A stretch of DNA of 64,000 nucleotides from positions 55,740 through 119,739 of the IMG/VR virus record IMGVR_UViG_3300028800_000003, one strand, 5' to 3'. The position numbers were made by a program, and so were the translations under genes. Below are positions 13,185 to 23,100 of the stretch, in pieces; the stretch's first letter is position 1; the number at the start of each line of letters is the position of its first letter. The notes beneath the pieces are model-generated. The model saw nothing but the letters and a program-made list of their open reading frames with translations. It searched no databases and was not told the DNA's origin. Source of the DNA: a virus.

Positions 13185-15518
13185 TTAGTTGATGATGATG
13201 GCGTTGTTGTTGCCGACGGTATTCACGCCGGGGCTGGAGTAGCCGGACACGTTGGAAACGCCGGTGAGGTTTACGGTAGAACCGTTCTCAGACAAAACGT
13301 TGCCGTCGCCGTTGTTGGTGCTGAGCTGAACATTCGTTCCGCCGTTGACGCCGGCTGTGTCGAAGGCGGCAATACCCCAGTGTGAGTTTCCGGCGATCGT
13401 GACCGCGTTGTCCAAAAGCGCCAACTGCGAATTCTGAACGTAGAAACCGGCGTCGTCGTTGTAGGAGAATGAGCCGCCGATGATTGCGGCATTGGACCCG
13501 TTCTCGACCAGCATTCCACTGCCGCCATTATACATCGAGTAGATGTTGACAGTTCCAACGTCACCGCCAAAGCCGGCCTGCTGAACGATGATTCCGTTGT
13601 CATCATTGCTGTACGAACAAATTTCGATGTTCTGTCCGACCAGCCCCTGAACGATGAACGATCCCCACGCGGCACCGATACCGGGACCAATGCACCCTGT
13701 CGCGCTGACGAAACCCTGGAATGCCATCAGGCCGCCGTTGGTGGCGATGCCATATCCGCCGCAGCCATGCGCAGAGACGTTGCTCAATGTGATATTTTCA
13801 AGAGCAAAGCACAGCGCAACGTATTCTTCGTTGGCGCCACGGTCTCCGACCAGCAAGATATTATAAAGACCCCAGCCTGGTGACTGAAAATTGAGTCCGC
13901 CGCTTGCCGTGAAATCAAGTTCAGTGTCGTAACAGTTGCGCAATGCCGTCAGGTCGGCGGTACGATCTGTTGCTTTGTTGCCGGTCGTTGAAAAGATCGA
14001 GTGGCTTGGGCTCGATTTCATGCCAGCGCCGAAGATGCCGATGCGATCGGAGTTCGGATGCGACAGAGCGATCTGCGACGATCCTGCTGAAATTTGACCG
14101 GAAGCGAGGTTCAAGCTCACGTATCCATTCGGCGTGATGCGGAACTTGCCGAGATATTCCATTGCCACAGCAAGGCTGGAAAAGTTCGCGCCCTCACCGT
14201 ACACCGAATATGAGACGCTGGAGTCGATAACAAATCCGTTGAACAACTGGAATGCGGAACCGTTGTATACCAGGAATGCGATCTGTCCGGCCGACAACAT
14301 TCCGGCGGCCAGCGGCAAGCCGCTGCAATCAACGATTGGAACCGCAGCCAACGAATTTACGGCAATCGTCGAAGCACCGGTGTTGTTAGCGGCGATCTTG
14401 ACCTCAACCGTAGTGCCGGCTGGCAGCGACGTGATTGCTGGCGTAAATGAAGCGACGACGGTATTGGCCGTGCCAGTGTCCTGCGCATACGGGATGTCGA
14501 TCGTGTAGGTGTTGTTGTTGGTCGTTGACGAGGTAAAGCCCTCGAAGTTCTCAACCTGGAACGCCGAGCCGTCATAGACCAGCGACACAACCATGCCGGC
14601 GTTGATGTCGCCCGAGGAAAGCTGAGCGCCGTTGGCGCGATGCACGGCGACGGTGCCGAGGTTGTTGACGTTTATCGTGGTGACATCGGTGTTGGTGTGG
14701 TTCACCTTCACCGAGAGCCGCATGCCCGGCTCGTATTGCGCCGGTGTCGGCGCAACCGTAACAACCATGTTGTTGACGGTTCCGGTGTCGACCGCATACG
14801 TCCAGGTCTGATTCTGAACACCAGTCGGGATCAGCGGCAGCTTGCCGTTGGTGGCGAGAAACGGCGCCAAATAGTAGGGCAAGATATTGCCGGCCGTGAT
14901 CGAGGTCGCGCCGTTGGCCACCGTGATCGTGAACAGACCGGTCCAGCCCGCATCCGGCGACGGCGCCAATTGCGTGCCGGTCGTGGCCGCGATACCGGCC
15001 TTGATCTGATAGGCGACGCCGCCATAGCGCACGGTGTTCTGTGCGGTGCCGGCATTGGCGGGGCCGGAGAAGGGATCGGATGGATCGGCCGCATCGAAAT
15101 ACGGCAGCACTGTCGCGCCGCCGTCCATGTCCTGATACTGGACCTCGACAAGGAAGACCTGGCTGTAACCGGTCGTGCCTGGAGGCGTGATGCCCATCGT
15201 GACCGACTGGCCGACGCCTGCCGCGGTGCCGTTGGCGACGAACTGGATGCCCTGTTTCAGAATCGAGGTCGCAGTATTCGCCGGAAGCGAAGACCAGATC
15301 GATTGCTCCAGGTTTTCCAACTGATAGATGTTGCCGGGCGTCAGGATGATGTTGAGCGATCCCGGTACGGTCGGAGTCACCGTGAAACCGTCGACAAGCG
15401 TCGGCGTGCCCAGGATCGTTTGCGACAGCTCGGCAAGAGCCACCATCGCGTTTTGCTGGGCTTGCAGCAGGTCTGTTTCGAGCGGAGTCTGACCCGCGTA
15501 AATGGTTTTGCGATCCAT
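13185..15518 (-). CDS. tail fibre/spike protein with C-terminal beta-helix
   Basis: MDRKTIYAGQTPLETDLL baseplate-anchor N-terminus; two YAxDTGTxN repeats; N/G-rich beta-helix repeats. Confidence 0.8.
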   Translation of the reverse strand: MDRKTIYAGQTPLETDLLQAQQNAMVALAELSQTILGTPTLVDGFTVTPTVPGSLNIILTPGNIYQLENLEQSIWSSLPANTATSILKQGIQFVANGTAAGVGQSVTMGITPPGTTGYSQVFLVEVQYQDMDGGATVLPYFDAADPSDPFSGPANAGTAQNTVRYGGVAYQIKAGIAATTGTQLAPSPDAGWTGLFTITVANGATSITAGNILPYYLAPFLATNGKLPLIPTGVQNQTWTYAVDTGTVNNMVVTVAPTPAQYEPGMRLSVKVNHTNTDVTTINVNNLGTVAVHRANGAQLSSGDINAGMVVSLVYDGSAFQVENFEGFTSSTTNNNTYTIDIPYAQDTGTANTVVASFTPAITSLPAGTTVEVKIAANNTGASTIAVNSLAAVPIVDCSGLPLAAGMLSAGQIAFLVYNGSAFQLFNGFVIDSSVSYSVYGEGANFSSLAVAMEYLGKFRITPNGYVSLNLASGQISAGSSQIALSHPNSDRIGIFGAGMKSSPSHSIFSTTGNKATDRTADLTALRNCYDTELDFTASGGLNFQSPGWGLYNILLVGDRGANEEYVALCFALENITLSNVSAHGCGGYGIATNGGLMAFQGFVSATGCIGPGIGAAWGSFIVQGLVGQNIEICSYSNDDNGIIVQQAGFGGDVGTVNIYSMYNGGSGMLVENGSNAAIIGGSFSYNDDAGFYVQNSQLALLDNAVTIAGNSHWGIAAFDTAGVNGGTNVQLSTNNGDGNVLSENGSTVNLTGVSNVSGYSSPGVNTVGNNNAIIIN

Positions 15519-15529
15519 CGCGTCCTCGG

Positions 15530-15556
15530 AAAATAAAAAAGGCGCCACGCGGCGCC
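15530..15556 (-). terminator. intrinsic terminator upstream of the fibre gene
   Basis: GGCGCC-4nt-GGCGCC followed by TTTTTTATTTT. Confidence 0.6.
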
Positions 15557-15587
15557 GGAAAATTCAGGCTGGAATCTGAAACTTGGA

Positions 15588-16199
15588 TTAGACGATCAGA
15601 CTGGCGCCGATCGACGCGCTGAATGACGGCGATGTGCCGCCGATCACTATCGAAATGCGCCAGGTGCGCGGCAGCGGCGCATTGGCAGAGATGTTGGCAG
15701 TGGCAGGCGCGCCCGGATAAACCGTCAGCAGCGTGAAGCCAGCGGTGGTCAATTCCGCGCTTTGCAGCAGCGTGTAGTAAGTGCCGGATGCCGGGTCCTT
15801 ACCCTGGATCGTCACCTGAAACGTCGGCGACGTGCCTGTCGCGGCCGAGATGTTGATGCCGAGTTGCAGACCGCGGTGATTGTAGTTGGTTTGATCCGGC
15901 GAATTTGCGTTGCCGGAAGCATTCGTCACTGTCAGGACCGCCGGCAGATCGACATTGCCGCGCTTACGATCGAATGTGGTGCCGTTGAACACCATCTCGA
16001 TAGCTGCCGCGATTGCCGCATTGACGGCGGATAGTGAGTTGGCGTCTGCCGTTTGTGGCTGCGCGACGGATTGCTTGAGCCCAGATGCCGGATCAGTAAC
16101 GCAAGTCGAACCGACGCGGTTGCCTTCCGCGTCCAGTGTGGTGCTAAAAGGCACCAGCGTCCCCTTGCCGTCTTGCGTGTTGTAGGGAGTATCAGCCAT
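15588..16199 (-). CDS. putative virion protein
   Basis: beta-rich (GTSPTFQVTIQGKDPASG...LPRTWR); located in the tail module. Confidence 0.65.
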   Translation of the reverse strand: MADTPYNTQDGKGTLVPFSTTLDAEGNRVGSTCVTDPASGLKQSVAQPQTADANSLSAVNAAIAAAIEMVFNGTTFDRKRGNVDLPAVLTVTNASGNANSPDQTNYNHRGLQLGINISAATGTSPTFQVTIQGKDPASGTYYTLLQSAELTTAGFTLLTVYPGAPATANISANAPLPRTWRISIVIGGTSPSFSASIGASLIV

Positions 16200-16214
16200 G
16201 AAACAAATCCATGC

Positions 16215-17072
16215 TTAAAAGAAGAAGGGCAACACCGCCAAGATTTGCGTATTCTCGACGTTGCCGAATGATGCGGTGGGAATATCGACGGTGTCAGGCT
16301 GACTCTGAATGCAGGTCCATGCCGTAATACCAGCGGCAACCGTCTTGGCGATCGTCGCGTAGATCGTGGCGTCCGGCACTGCGGCGTCGACCTCGTTCAT
16401 GTCGCCGTATTGACCATAGCCGCCGGAGCCGTAACCGGACTGCGGATTACCGTAGCCGGGAGCGTTGGGAATGCCGCCGCCTGGAGGACGATAGGCCGTG
16501 ACGAAAATCTGATTGTTGAATTTTAGGCTGCCGTACATGCCGGCGACGCCATACCCTTGCTGTCCTGATGTACCGTAAGCGCCGGTGTCTCCTGGATTCC
16601 ACAGCTCGATCAGCTTGGGCGCGGCGCCCGTCAACGCCTCGACGGCCTGAATGATCGCAGCGCGCGTTTGCTTAGGCGCCAAGATGGCGTCCATGATGCG
16701 TGCGCGATAAGCATCGTCCTGCTCATTCACAAGACGCGGCAGATCGTTGCCGAGAAAATCGTATGAGATGCGATCGAGCCAGACTCCGGTGGCGCTGGCG
16801 ATGCGCGACTGGGTCAGCGCATACTTATAGAGCACATAAATCCAGGATAGATTGTAGCCGGTGCCAGACAATGGAATGTTGAGAAGCGGCGCGCCAGGTT
16901 GCGCCATCACCTCGTCTACCTCGGTAGCCCCGGTGCCGAACCATGACGGCGGAATAAGGCCTGCCAGGCGATGGACGAATTCCGTCTGATCGGCATCCAG
17001 CAAGCCGGACAGAACCTGGACGGCAAGTGACGGCGACAGCTCCCCGGCGGTCTCAATATTGTTTGCCGTCAT
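16215..17072 (-). CDS. baseplate wedge protein (P2 gpI-like)
   Basis: SATGVWLDRISYDFLG...EQDDAYRARI; follows the J-like gene. Confidence 0.8.
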   Translation of the reverse strand: MTANNIETAGELSPSLAVQVLSGLLDADQTEFVHRLAGLIPPSWFGTGATEVDEVMAQPGAPLLNIPLSGTGYNLSWIYVLYKYALTQSRIASATGVWLDRISYDFLGNDLPRLVNEQDDAYRARIMDAILAPKQTRAAIIQAVEALTGAAPKLIELWNPGDTGAYGTSGQQGYGVAGMYGSLKFNNQIFVTAYRPPGGGIPNAPGYGNPQSGYGSGGYGQYGDMNEVDAAVPDATIYATIAKTVAAGITAWTCIQSQPDTVDIPTASFGNVENTQILAVLPFFF

Positions 17073-17073
17073 G

Positions 17074-18279
17074 TTAGCCGCCCAGGTTTACGGTCGACGA
17101 TGTGACTTTGATTGTCTGGCCCATGGCCGGCACCAGATCGGCCGCGCCGCTGTTGAGCAATAAGCTGGTGACATTGCTCACGCCCGGACTCGCGCCATAA
17201 GCAATTGCAGCGAGTTGCGAGTAATGCAGCGGATTTTCCAGACCGAGAGAATTAACATAGGCACCTATGGCGTTCGCCACCGCGGCAACAACGGCCGAAG
17301 TGTTGTAGGCAGATGCTACCGTCACTGTCAGGCTGATCGCGGCACCCAGCTTAGACGCACTCACGACCTGCGGCCGCACGCCAGCGGCACGACCCCGCAA
17401 GCCATTCACCGCCGCAAGGGCATTGAGTACAGTCTGTGTCGGTGGAGCACCGGAGCCATCATCAACGAAGATAGTGAAGGCGCCGTAGTCTGTTGCGCCG
17501 TTTGGATCGACATTCTCATGCACCACGCATTGCAGGCCTTGCTGCAACGACAGGATCGCATATTCCAGGGCGCCGACCGTGCCGGCTGCCAGCGACGCGA
17601 TGTAAAGTTTGAAGCGCGCCTTCAACGCGTCGTCGCTTTCCTCGTCGAATCCTGTCGTTATCGGAGCCGGATTTGTCACCGTATCGACGCCGACCGCGGA
17701 AGACTGAATTCGCGTGATGGTGTTAGCGAGAACGTTGCCGCCGGTTCCAGGATTGAGCGCCTGCACATTGACGGACAGCGAGGTTTGTCCGGCCGGAATG
17801 ATGAATCCGCCGCCAGGTACGATGTCTGCCGAATAGGCGTTGTTGGTGGGATCGGCGTAGACCTGATAGACCTGACTGCCGTCAAAGGTGGAGACCAGCG
17901 AGCCGACAGGTACGACGCGCTGATTTTGCGGCGCGAAGCTACTGAATTGAACCACTCCGCTTGCCGGAGTGGCCGGAAGGCGAGGACTGTTTGTGCCATC
18001 CACAGCCGGCATGAAGTCGGCGACGAAGGTATCGACCCACTCGCCTTTCGAGGTTTGCAGGCGCTGGACAATCAACGAAAACAGATAGAGTTTTTGCAGC
18101 CAATCGGCGTTGCCGGCAGTCGCCTCGGCGAGCGCCAAGAACACCGAGCCATCGCTGAAATCTAGCGGATTTTTCGACGCCGCTTGCGCTGCCGCCGCAA
18201 AATCAGCGACGATCTGAGAAAATGGTTTGGTGTACGGGACCGGCGGCAGAGGCAAGCCCGTGCTGTTGGAAGAAGCCAT
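17074..18279 (-). CDS. baseplate J-like protein
   Basis: VQALNPGTGGNV...GFDEESDDALKARF. Confidence 0.9.
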   Translation of the reverse strand: MASSNSTGLPLPPVPYTKPFSQIVADFAAAAQAASKNPLDFSDGSVFLALAEATAGNADWLQKLYLFSLIVQRLQTSKGEWVDTFVADFMPAVDGTNSPRLPATPASGVVQFSSFAPQNQRVVPVGSLVSTFDGSQVYQVYADPTNNAYSADIVPGGGFIIPAGQTSLSVNVQALNPGTGGNVLANTITRIQSSAVGVDTVTNPAPITTGFDEESDDALKARFKLYIASLAAGTVGALEYAILSLQQGLQCVVHENVDPNGATDYGAFTIFVDDGSGAPPTQTVLNALAAVNGLRGRAAGVRPQVVSASKLGAAISLTVTVASAYNTSAVVAAVANAIGAYVNSLGLENPLHYSQLAAIAYGASPGVSNVTSLLLNSGAADLVPAMGQTIKVTSSTVNLGG

Positions 18280-18343
18280 AAATGCCGACGCACGGCGCAA
18301 GCGCCGCGTCCCAAAAATGAATTTGTTGAAAAGCGACGACTGT

Positions 18344-18745
18344 TTACTTGTCGCCTGGCACGTCGAGAACGATCAACGGCGACTGGTTGCCGTCGACATC
18401 GGTGTATTTGATCTTTGCGCTGAACGTTCCGTTCGGATTGGTCGTCACCGTAATGGACGGCTCCGGCGTCTGTGAGACCGACGCCTCGTGATACATCTGG
18501 GTGCGAATGAGTCCCGACATCGCATTGTTGCGAGCAAGACGGCCGACATACCATGGCAACGATCCGCCATAAGTCGGGTGGAAAAGATATTCGGCCTTTT
18601 TGGCGCCGGTATATTTGCCGTTGGTGCAGAGCCGGCGAAAGATTCGTTGATTGCTCTTGGCTATGCCGATAACCAAAGGCAGATCGCCAGATGGCGTGAG
18701 AGGCGAAATATCGTCGCCCCACCAGTGATCGATGTCGTAGGGCAC
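18344..18745 (-). CDS. baseplate wedge protein (gp25/gpW-like)
   Basis: QRIFRRLCTN...YLFHPTYGGSL; lies before J; probable GTG start. Confidence 0.75.
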   Translation of the reverse strand: MPYDIDHWWGDDISPLTPSGDLPLVIGIAKSNQRIFRRLCTNGKYTGAKKAEYLFHPTYGGSLPWYVGRLARNNAMSGLIRTQMYHEASVSQTPEPSITVTTNPNGTFSAKIKYTDVDGNQSPLIVLDVPGDK

Positions 18746-18765
18746 AGCAATTCTTTCCTGGGAAA

Positions 18766-20058
18766 TCAGAACGGCCAACCGGCCGTAGCGTCAAACGAAA
18801 CGACCTGTGAAACCGTGGTCTTTGCGGCAAGCGACGCCAGCAAAGTCTGTCTTGATTGATTGAGTGAGGCACGTCGCGATACGATCGCAGCTACCAGAGC
18901 AGAGTATTCTTCCCCGGTCATGGTCACAGGCGCGCTCTGTCCGATCGGTATCCATTGAACGGAACCGAGAACCGACGACGACTCGTTGTCCAGAGAGACG
19001 CCTTCAATCGACGGAGCAGAGACACCGACGCCAGAAGAACTGATTCCTGGCGAACCGATCTCCCATCCAGAATTTCCTGTGTTGGCGCTGCCGTTTAGCG
19101 TGACCCCGGCAACTGGCACCGACACCTCGTCAGTGATGTTTGGGATGGTGACGACAAACTGAGGATTTCCACTGCTAATCTGTTCTACGTTGTAATTGAT
19201 CGTCCCTTGCAAGGCGCCACCATTGGGGCTGCCGATCGCACTGTTTATCTGGCTGAACGATTGCGAAAATCCACTTGAAAGCGCAGAGTTGATTTCTGAC
19301 ACAAGCGACGAGAAGGCATCGTTGATCGCATTGGCGAGATTTGGAAAGGCTTCTGCGAGACTGCCGATAGTGGACTGCATCCCACTATTTAATTCGTTAT
19401 CGAACTCTTGTAAGGCGTTGGCAGCATTATTCAGCAATGATCCGAGAGCGTTGTTGATGCCGGTTGCAAGAGATGAAAGTGCGGTATTGATCTGACCTTT
19501 TAGGGTCGACAGCGCACCATTGATCGCGTCGACCAGCGAAGAATTCAGGCCAGTGACCGTCGAATTAGTGCCAGACAGGATCGCCGACGCCAGAGCCATG
19601 GACATCGCGTTCAGCGACTCATCTGAGCAATCCCAGTTATAGACGCCGCCTGGACTTGCCGCGACCACGCCGGCATCGTAACCGGCGTCACCTGACGAGA
19701 CGGCGAATTGGATTGCGCTCTGTCGCTTGGAATCGTAGATCGCCTCGATCAGTTCGGCCTTGATCTGCTGCGCTTGCGCCAGGGTTAGAAGCGGGATGGA
19801 CGCCGTTGCTTGCAGTGCCGGAGTCAACGCCAGTCCTGCCGCAGACGACATCCACGCATTGATGGAAGGCTGATACGGCGACGGATCGGAGAACGGCTGA
19901 AAGGTTGGAGCCTCGCCATTGTAGACGATCAGACCGAGTGCGGCTTCCTCCCATTGCACATACTTGACGTTGGTCGCGAGACCGGAAACTGTGAGCGGCT
20001 GAATCTGATAGCCGTCGACGGAAACGACGCTGTCACCTGGGTTGATGTAAAAACGCAT
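18766..20058 (-). CDS. tail-associated protein with DUF4376-like ends and a helical repeat insert
   Basis: N- and C-termini resemble fibre-assembly proteins; central INxALSSL repeats. Confidence 0.6.
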   Translation of the reverse strand: MRFYINPGDSVVSVDGYQIQPLTVSGLATNVKYVQWEEAALGLIVYNGEAPTFQPFSDPSPYQPSINAWMSSAAGLALTPALQATASIPLLTLAQAQQIKAELIEAIYDSKRQSAIQFAVSSGDAGYDAGVVAASPGGVYNWDCSDESLNAMSMALASAILSGTNSTVTGLNSSLVDAINGALSTLKGQINTALSSLATGINNALGSLLNNAANALQEFDNELNSGMQSTIGSLAEAFPNLANAINDAFSSLVSEINSALSSGFSQSFSQINSAIGSPNGGALQGTINYNVEQISSGNPQFVVTIPNITDEVSVPVAGVTLNGSANTGNSGWEIGSPGISSSGVGVSAPSIEGVSLDNESSSVLGSVQWIPIGQSAPVTMTGEEYSALVAAIVSRRASLNQSRQTLLASLAAKTTVSQVVSFDATAGWPF

Positions 20059-20060
20059 CG

Positions 20061-20783
20061 TTATCCCAAATCAGGTTCGGCGCAGAGCGTCTTGGCTACG
20101 CCGCCGTCTGCGAGCGCCACAGGCACGGCCGCGGCGCCCTTCTGCGTGACGCAGTGCGTCTTTTTCGGCTGCGAGATGATGTAGACGATATTGTTGTCAG
20201 ATTGCAGGATCACGTCGCCATTCGGCGCCTCAATCGTCATGCTGCCGTCTGGCGCCATCTTTATAATCTGCTTGCCATTCGGCTGCTGCTGCTGTTGTTG
20301 CTGTTGCTGTTGACCGGTGCCGCCGTTTGATTCAGTCGTCGTGTTCCCTGACTGCGACGTGTTCTGCCCGGTTTTGGTGTAGCCAGGGCCTCCGATCAGG
20401 AGCGTGCCGTCTTGCTGCGCATGAATGGTCGCGCCGTTCTGATGAATGATGGCATGCTCGCCCGCCTGCAATTCAGGCGGCTTGTTTTGATGCGACCAAT
20501 GGCGCGTCATAACGCGCGCTGACAGATGATTGCTTTCCTGGTTATGCACCTCGACCGGATCACCGATGTTCGGCGCCGAAGCGATGCCGTAACCATTGCC
20601 GACGGCAAGACCTGTCAAGGGAATCCACGCCGACTCGGTGCCTTCGGGCTGGTATTGAATCTTAACCGAGTGCGTTTTGGAGTCGTAGCTCGACACCAGG
20701 CCGACACGCGGCGGATTGTGATACTTACGCATGGTGCGCGCGACCTCGCGGCGCATCACGGAGACGAAGGAATCAAGGTACAT
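20061..20783 (-). CDS. baseplate spike (gpV-like)
   Basis: GLVSSYD...QPEGTESAWIP...APNIGDPVEV OB-fold; contains a Q10 tract. Confidence 0.85.
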   Translation of the reverse strand: MYLDSFVSVMRREVARTMRKYHNPPRVGLVSSYDSKTHSVKIQYQPEGTESAWIPLTGLAVGNGYGIASAPNIGDPVEVHNQESNHLSARVMTRHWSHQNKPPELQAGEHAIIHQNGATIHAQQDGTLLIGGPGYTKTGQNTSQSGNTTTESNGGTGQQQQQQQQQQPNGKQIIKMAPDGSMTIEAPNGDVILQSDNNIVYIISQPKKTHCVTQKGAAAVPVALADGGVAKTLCAEPDLG

Positions 20784-20787
20784 TTGA

Positions 20788-21984
20788 TCACACAACGCTG
20801 CCGGTCAGCATCGTGAAGCCTTGCACCGGCGTCTGCTGGAAAGGATTGGTCGGCTGTTTCGGTTGATTCGGATCAGGATTCGGAAGGTCTGGATTTGGCG
20901 AATAGCCAAACGACCATTGCGGAGAATTGTAGCCCGTAATCTCCATGTCGTAGCCGTCGTCATCGTTCATGCGATGCACGACCTCGTACATATAGTAGGT
21001 CATGTCGAACGAGGTCTGCGTTCCAGACAGTGCGATCATCATCGTCGGCTGCACGACCACGTCGCCGCGCATTTGCACCTCGATGGTGTATTCGTGCATC
21101 TGCGCGTAGCGCTGGCCTGCGTTAGCCAGTTGCTGAACTTGTTGCTGGGTCTTATTCGGGATGCGCGCGGCGCCCTGATACTTGCCGGCGCCAGCCATGG
21201 CAGTGTAGGCTTGGTTGTCCGATTGCTTCCAACTCATGACGCCGTACTGGACGCCTTGCCCCAGATCAAAGTTGTGGATGCAGTTCAGTTTTTCCATGTT
21301 GCCGGCATCATAGTCATCGGTGCCGATGCCTGCCTCTGTTTGAGACGAGACCTCTCTGCCGATTTGCGGCGGCCGATAATGAATGGCGTATGTTGAACTG
21401 ACAGCCGTTCCTGGCGCCACGTAATAGAGCGTATTGCCGACAACGAAGGCGACGTAACCATCTTGATGCGCAAGCGTCTGAATGACATCCCACGGCGTTT
21501 CCAGATCGGAATTGAAAACGGTGTTGCCTTGGGCGTCGACATCGCCAGCCATAGAGCCCGGACCTGCGACGACCTGGAGGCCGGCTTGCGACGCCAATTG
21601 AGTCACGATCTGGCTGGTGGTCTGATTTGTCCACGACGCGTCGCTGCGAGTATCGAGCAGCGGGCGGCCTTTGTCGCTCATTTGAGCGGTGACAGTTCGC
21701 GTGCCGAAATCCACCGTGGCGTAATCGATGTAGCCGGTGAGGATCGTCGCCGTGGTCTTCTGCGCGTCGCCGTTGGTGGCGATAAGGGATGCCGGAATGA
21801 GTCCGCCCTGCGACCAGAATTGAGCGCCCGGATTGGTTGGATCATCGACCGCCATCGTAATCTCTGCGGTCGATTGCTGGCCGGCGCTCTGAATCAGGCG
21901 CGCCTCGAAGGCCATGATATTGATGGTGTCGTTACCAATGAGCAGCCACGCGCGCGGCTGGCGCGCGATCCCATTCTCTGCCAT
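20788..21984 (-). CDS. baseplate hub (gpD/Mu gp44-like)
   Basis: NQTTSQIVTQLA...TPWDVIQTLAHQDGY; RBS GAGGAGG. Confidence 0.8.
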   Translation of the reverse strand: MAENGIARQPRAWLLIGNDTINIMAFEARLIQSAGQQSTAEITMAVDDPTNPGAQFWSQGGLIPASLIATNGDAQKTTATILTGYIDYATVDFGTRTVTAQMSDKGRPLLDTRSDASWTNQTTSQIVTQLASQAGLQVVAGPGSMAGDVDAQGNTVFNSDLETPWDVIQTLAHQDGYVAFVVGNTLYYVAPGTAVSSTYAIHYRPPQIGREVSSQTEAGIGTDDYDAGNMEKLNCIHNFDLGQGVQYGVMSWKQSDNQAYTAMAGAGKYQGAARIPNKTQQQVQQLANAGQRYAQMHEYTIEVQMRGDVVVQPTMMIALSGTQTSFDMTYYMYEVVHRMNDDDGYDMEITGYNSPQWSFGYSPNPDLPNPDPNQPKQPTNPFQQTPVQGFTMLTGSVV

Positions 21985-21998
21985 CGCGCCCTCCTCTG

Positions 21999-22238
21999 TT
22001 ATGGCCAGGCCGCGCTTGGATCGACGGCCGGAATTTGCAATGTGCCAGCGAGACGTTGAGCATCGTCGATGGACAGAATGAAATCGGGCGGCTGGCCCGG
22101 AAAACCGTTGAGAGCGGCAATGCGCCACCATTGCGTCGCGTCGTTGAGATACAACTCGGCAATGCGCATGAGATTTTCACCGCCGATCACTTGGATCGTG
22201 GTGACGCCGGCAGGTGTACCGGCTGGAACTGGTGCCAT
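21999..22238 (-). CDS. LysM/gpX-like tail protein
   Basis: GENLMRIAELYLNDATQWWRIAALNG. Confidence 0.85.
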   Translation of the reverse strand: MAPVPAGTPAGVTTIQVIGGENLMRIAELYLNDATQWWRIAALNGFPGQPPDFILSIDDAQRLAGTLQIPAVDPSAAWP

Positions 22239-22240
22239 CG

Positions 22241-23035
22241 TCAGCCTCCAGTGTCGGTGAGATTGGCTATGATGCGACCGAGATAGGCAGTTGCCGTCTC
22301 CATGTCGCTTTCGGCGGCGACGGCGTTGGCTTCTGTTACGAAGGTGGCCACGCCATCGAGCGTTGAGGCTCCAGTGATGGCGTCGAGATTGATGCCGATC
22401 GGAGTTCCAGAGCCTGCGCCGAACGCCGCATATGCGTTTTGGAATGCCGCGATGATAGGTTGCAATTGCGTGAGCGATAGATCGTCCAGCGTGCCTGCAC
22501 CGACGATGCTGGCCATCGTCGATTGCGCCCCAACGAGAGCGGCCGTAGCAGACGATGGAATTACGGCGCCGCTGTTAGCCAGCGCCATGATCGCTGCAAT
22601 GTCTTCGTTGACGACGCTGTTTAGAGACGGCGCTAGATTGGACGCGTTGAATGGTTGCACACCATTGTCAGCAACAACCTTACAGACAATGCGATAGCTG
22701 ATTTGCCATTCGTGCTTGTAGACCGCCTCAAAGTCGGCAACGATGACCTGATATGAGAACGATCCCCATGTCAGAGTTACCTCGGTGCCGGACTGACGCA
22801 ACGTATCGACAGCGCGAGCGCGCTCTGCCGCGGTTCCTGGGATGCCGGCGATCGTATAGAAATGTCCGGCCCAGTGAATGTCGGCCGGGTCTGGACCCAT
22901 GGCGTCGATTGTACGAAAGCCGCCCAGATTTTTGTGAACGGCCATCATCTGCTTGCCACCAAAATTAATGGTGTCGGGGATTTCGCGCTGGAGAAAGGAG
23001 ATGTCTCCCAGCGTGAGAATGGCCGGTTGCGCCAT
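22241..23035 (-). CDS. tail tube initiator (gpU-like)
   Basis: EIPDTINFGGKQMMAVHK...GPDPADIHWAG; follows the tape measure gene. Confidence 0.75.
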   Translation of the reverse strand: MAQPAILTLGDISFLQREIPDTINFGGKQMMAVHKNLGGFRTIDAMGPDPADIHWAGHFYTIAGIPGTAAERARAVDTLRQSGTEVTLTWGSFSYQVIVADFEAVYKHEWQISYRIVCKVVADNGVQPFNASNLAPSLNSVVNEDIAAIMALANSGAVIPSSATAALVGAQSTMASIVGAGTLDDLSLTQLQPIIAAFQNAYAAFGAGSGTPIGINLDAITGASTLDGVATFVTEANAVAAESDMETATAYLGRIIANLTDTGG

Positions 23036-23047
23036 AGCGAATCCCTG

Positions 23048-23078
23048 AAATGAAAAAGGGCGCCGCGTGGCGCCCTTT
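23048..23078 (-). terminator. intrinsic terminator after the tape measure gene
   Basis: AAAGGGCGCC-4nt-GGCGCCCTTT plus a T tract. Confidence 0.65.
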
Positions 23079-23100
23079 GCTGAGATGATGACGACGACTG

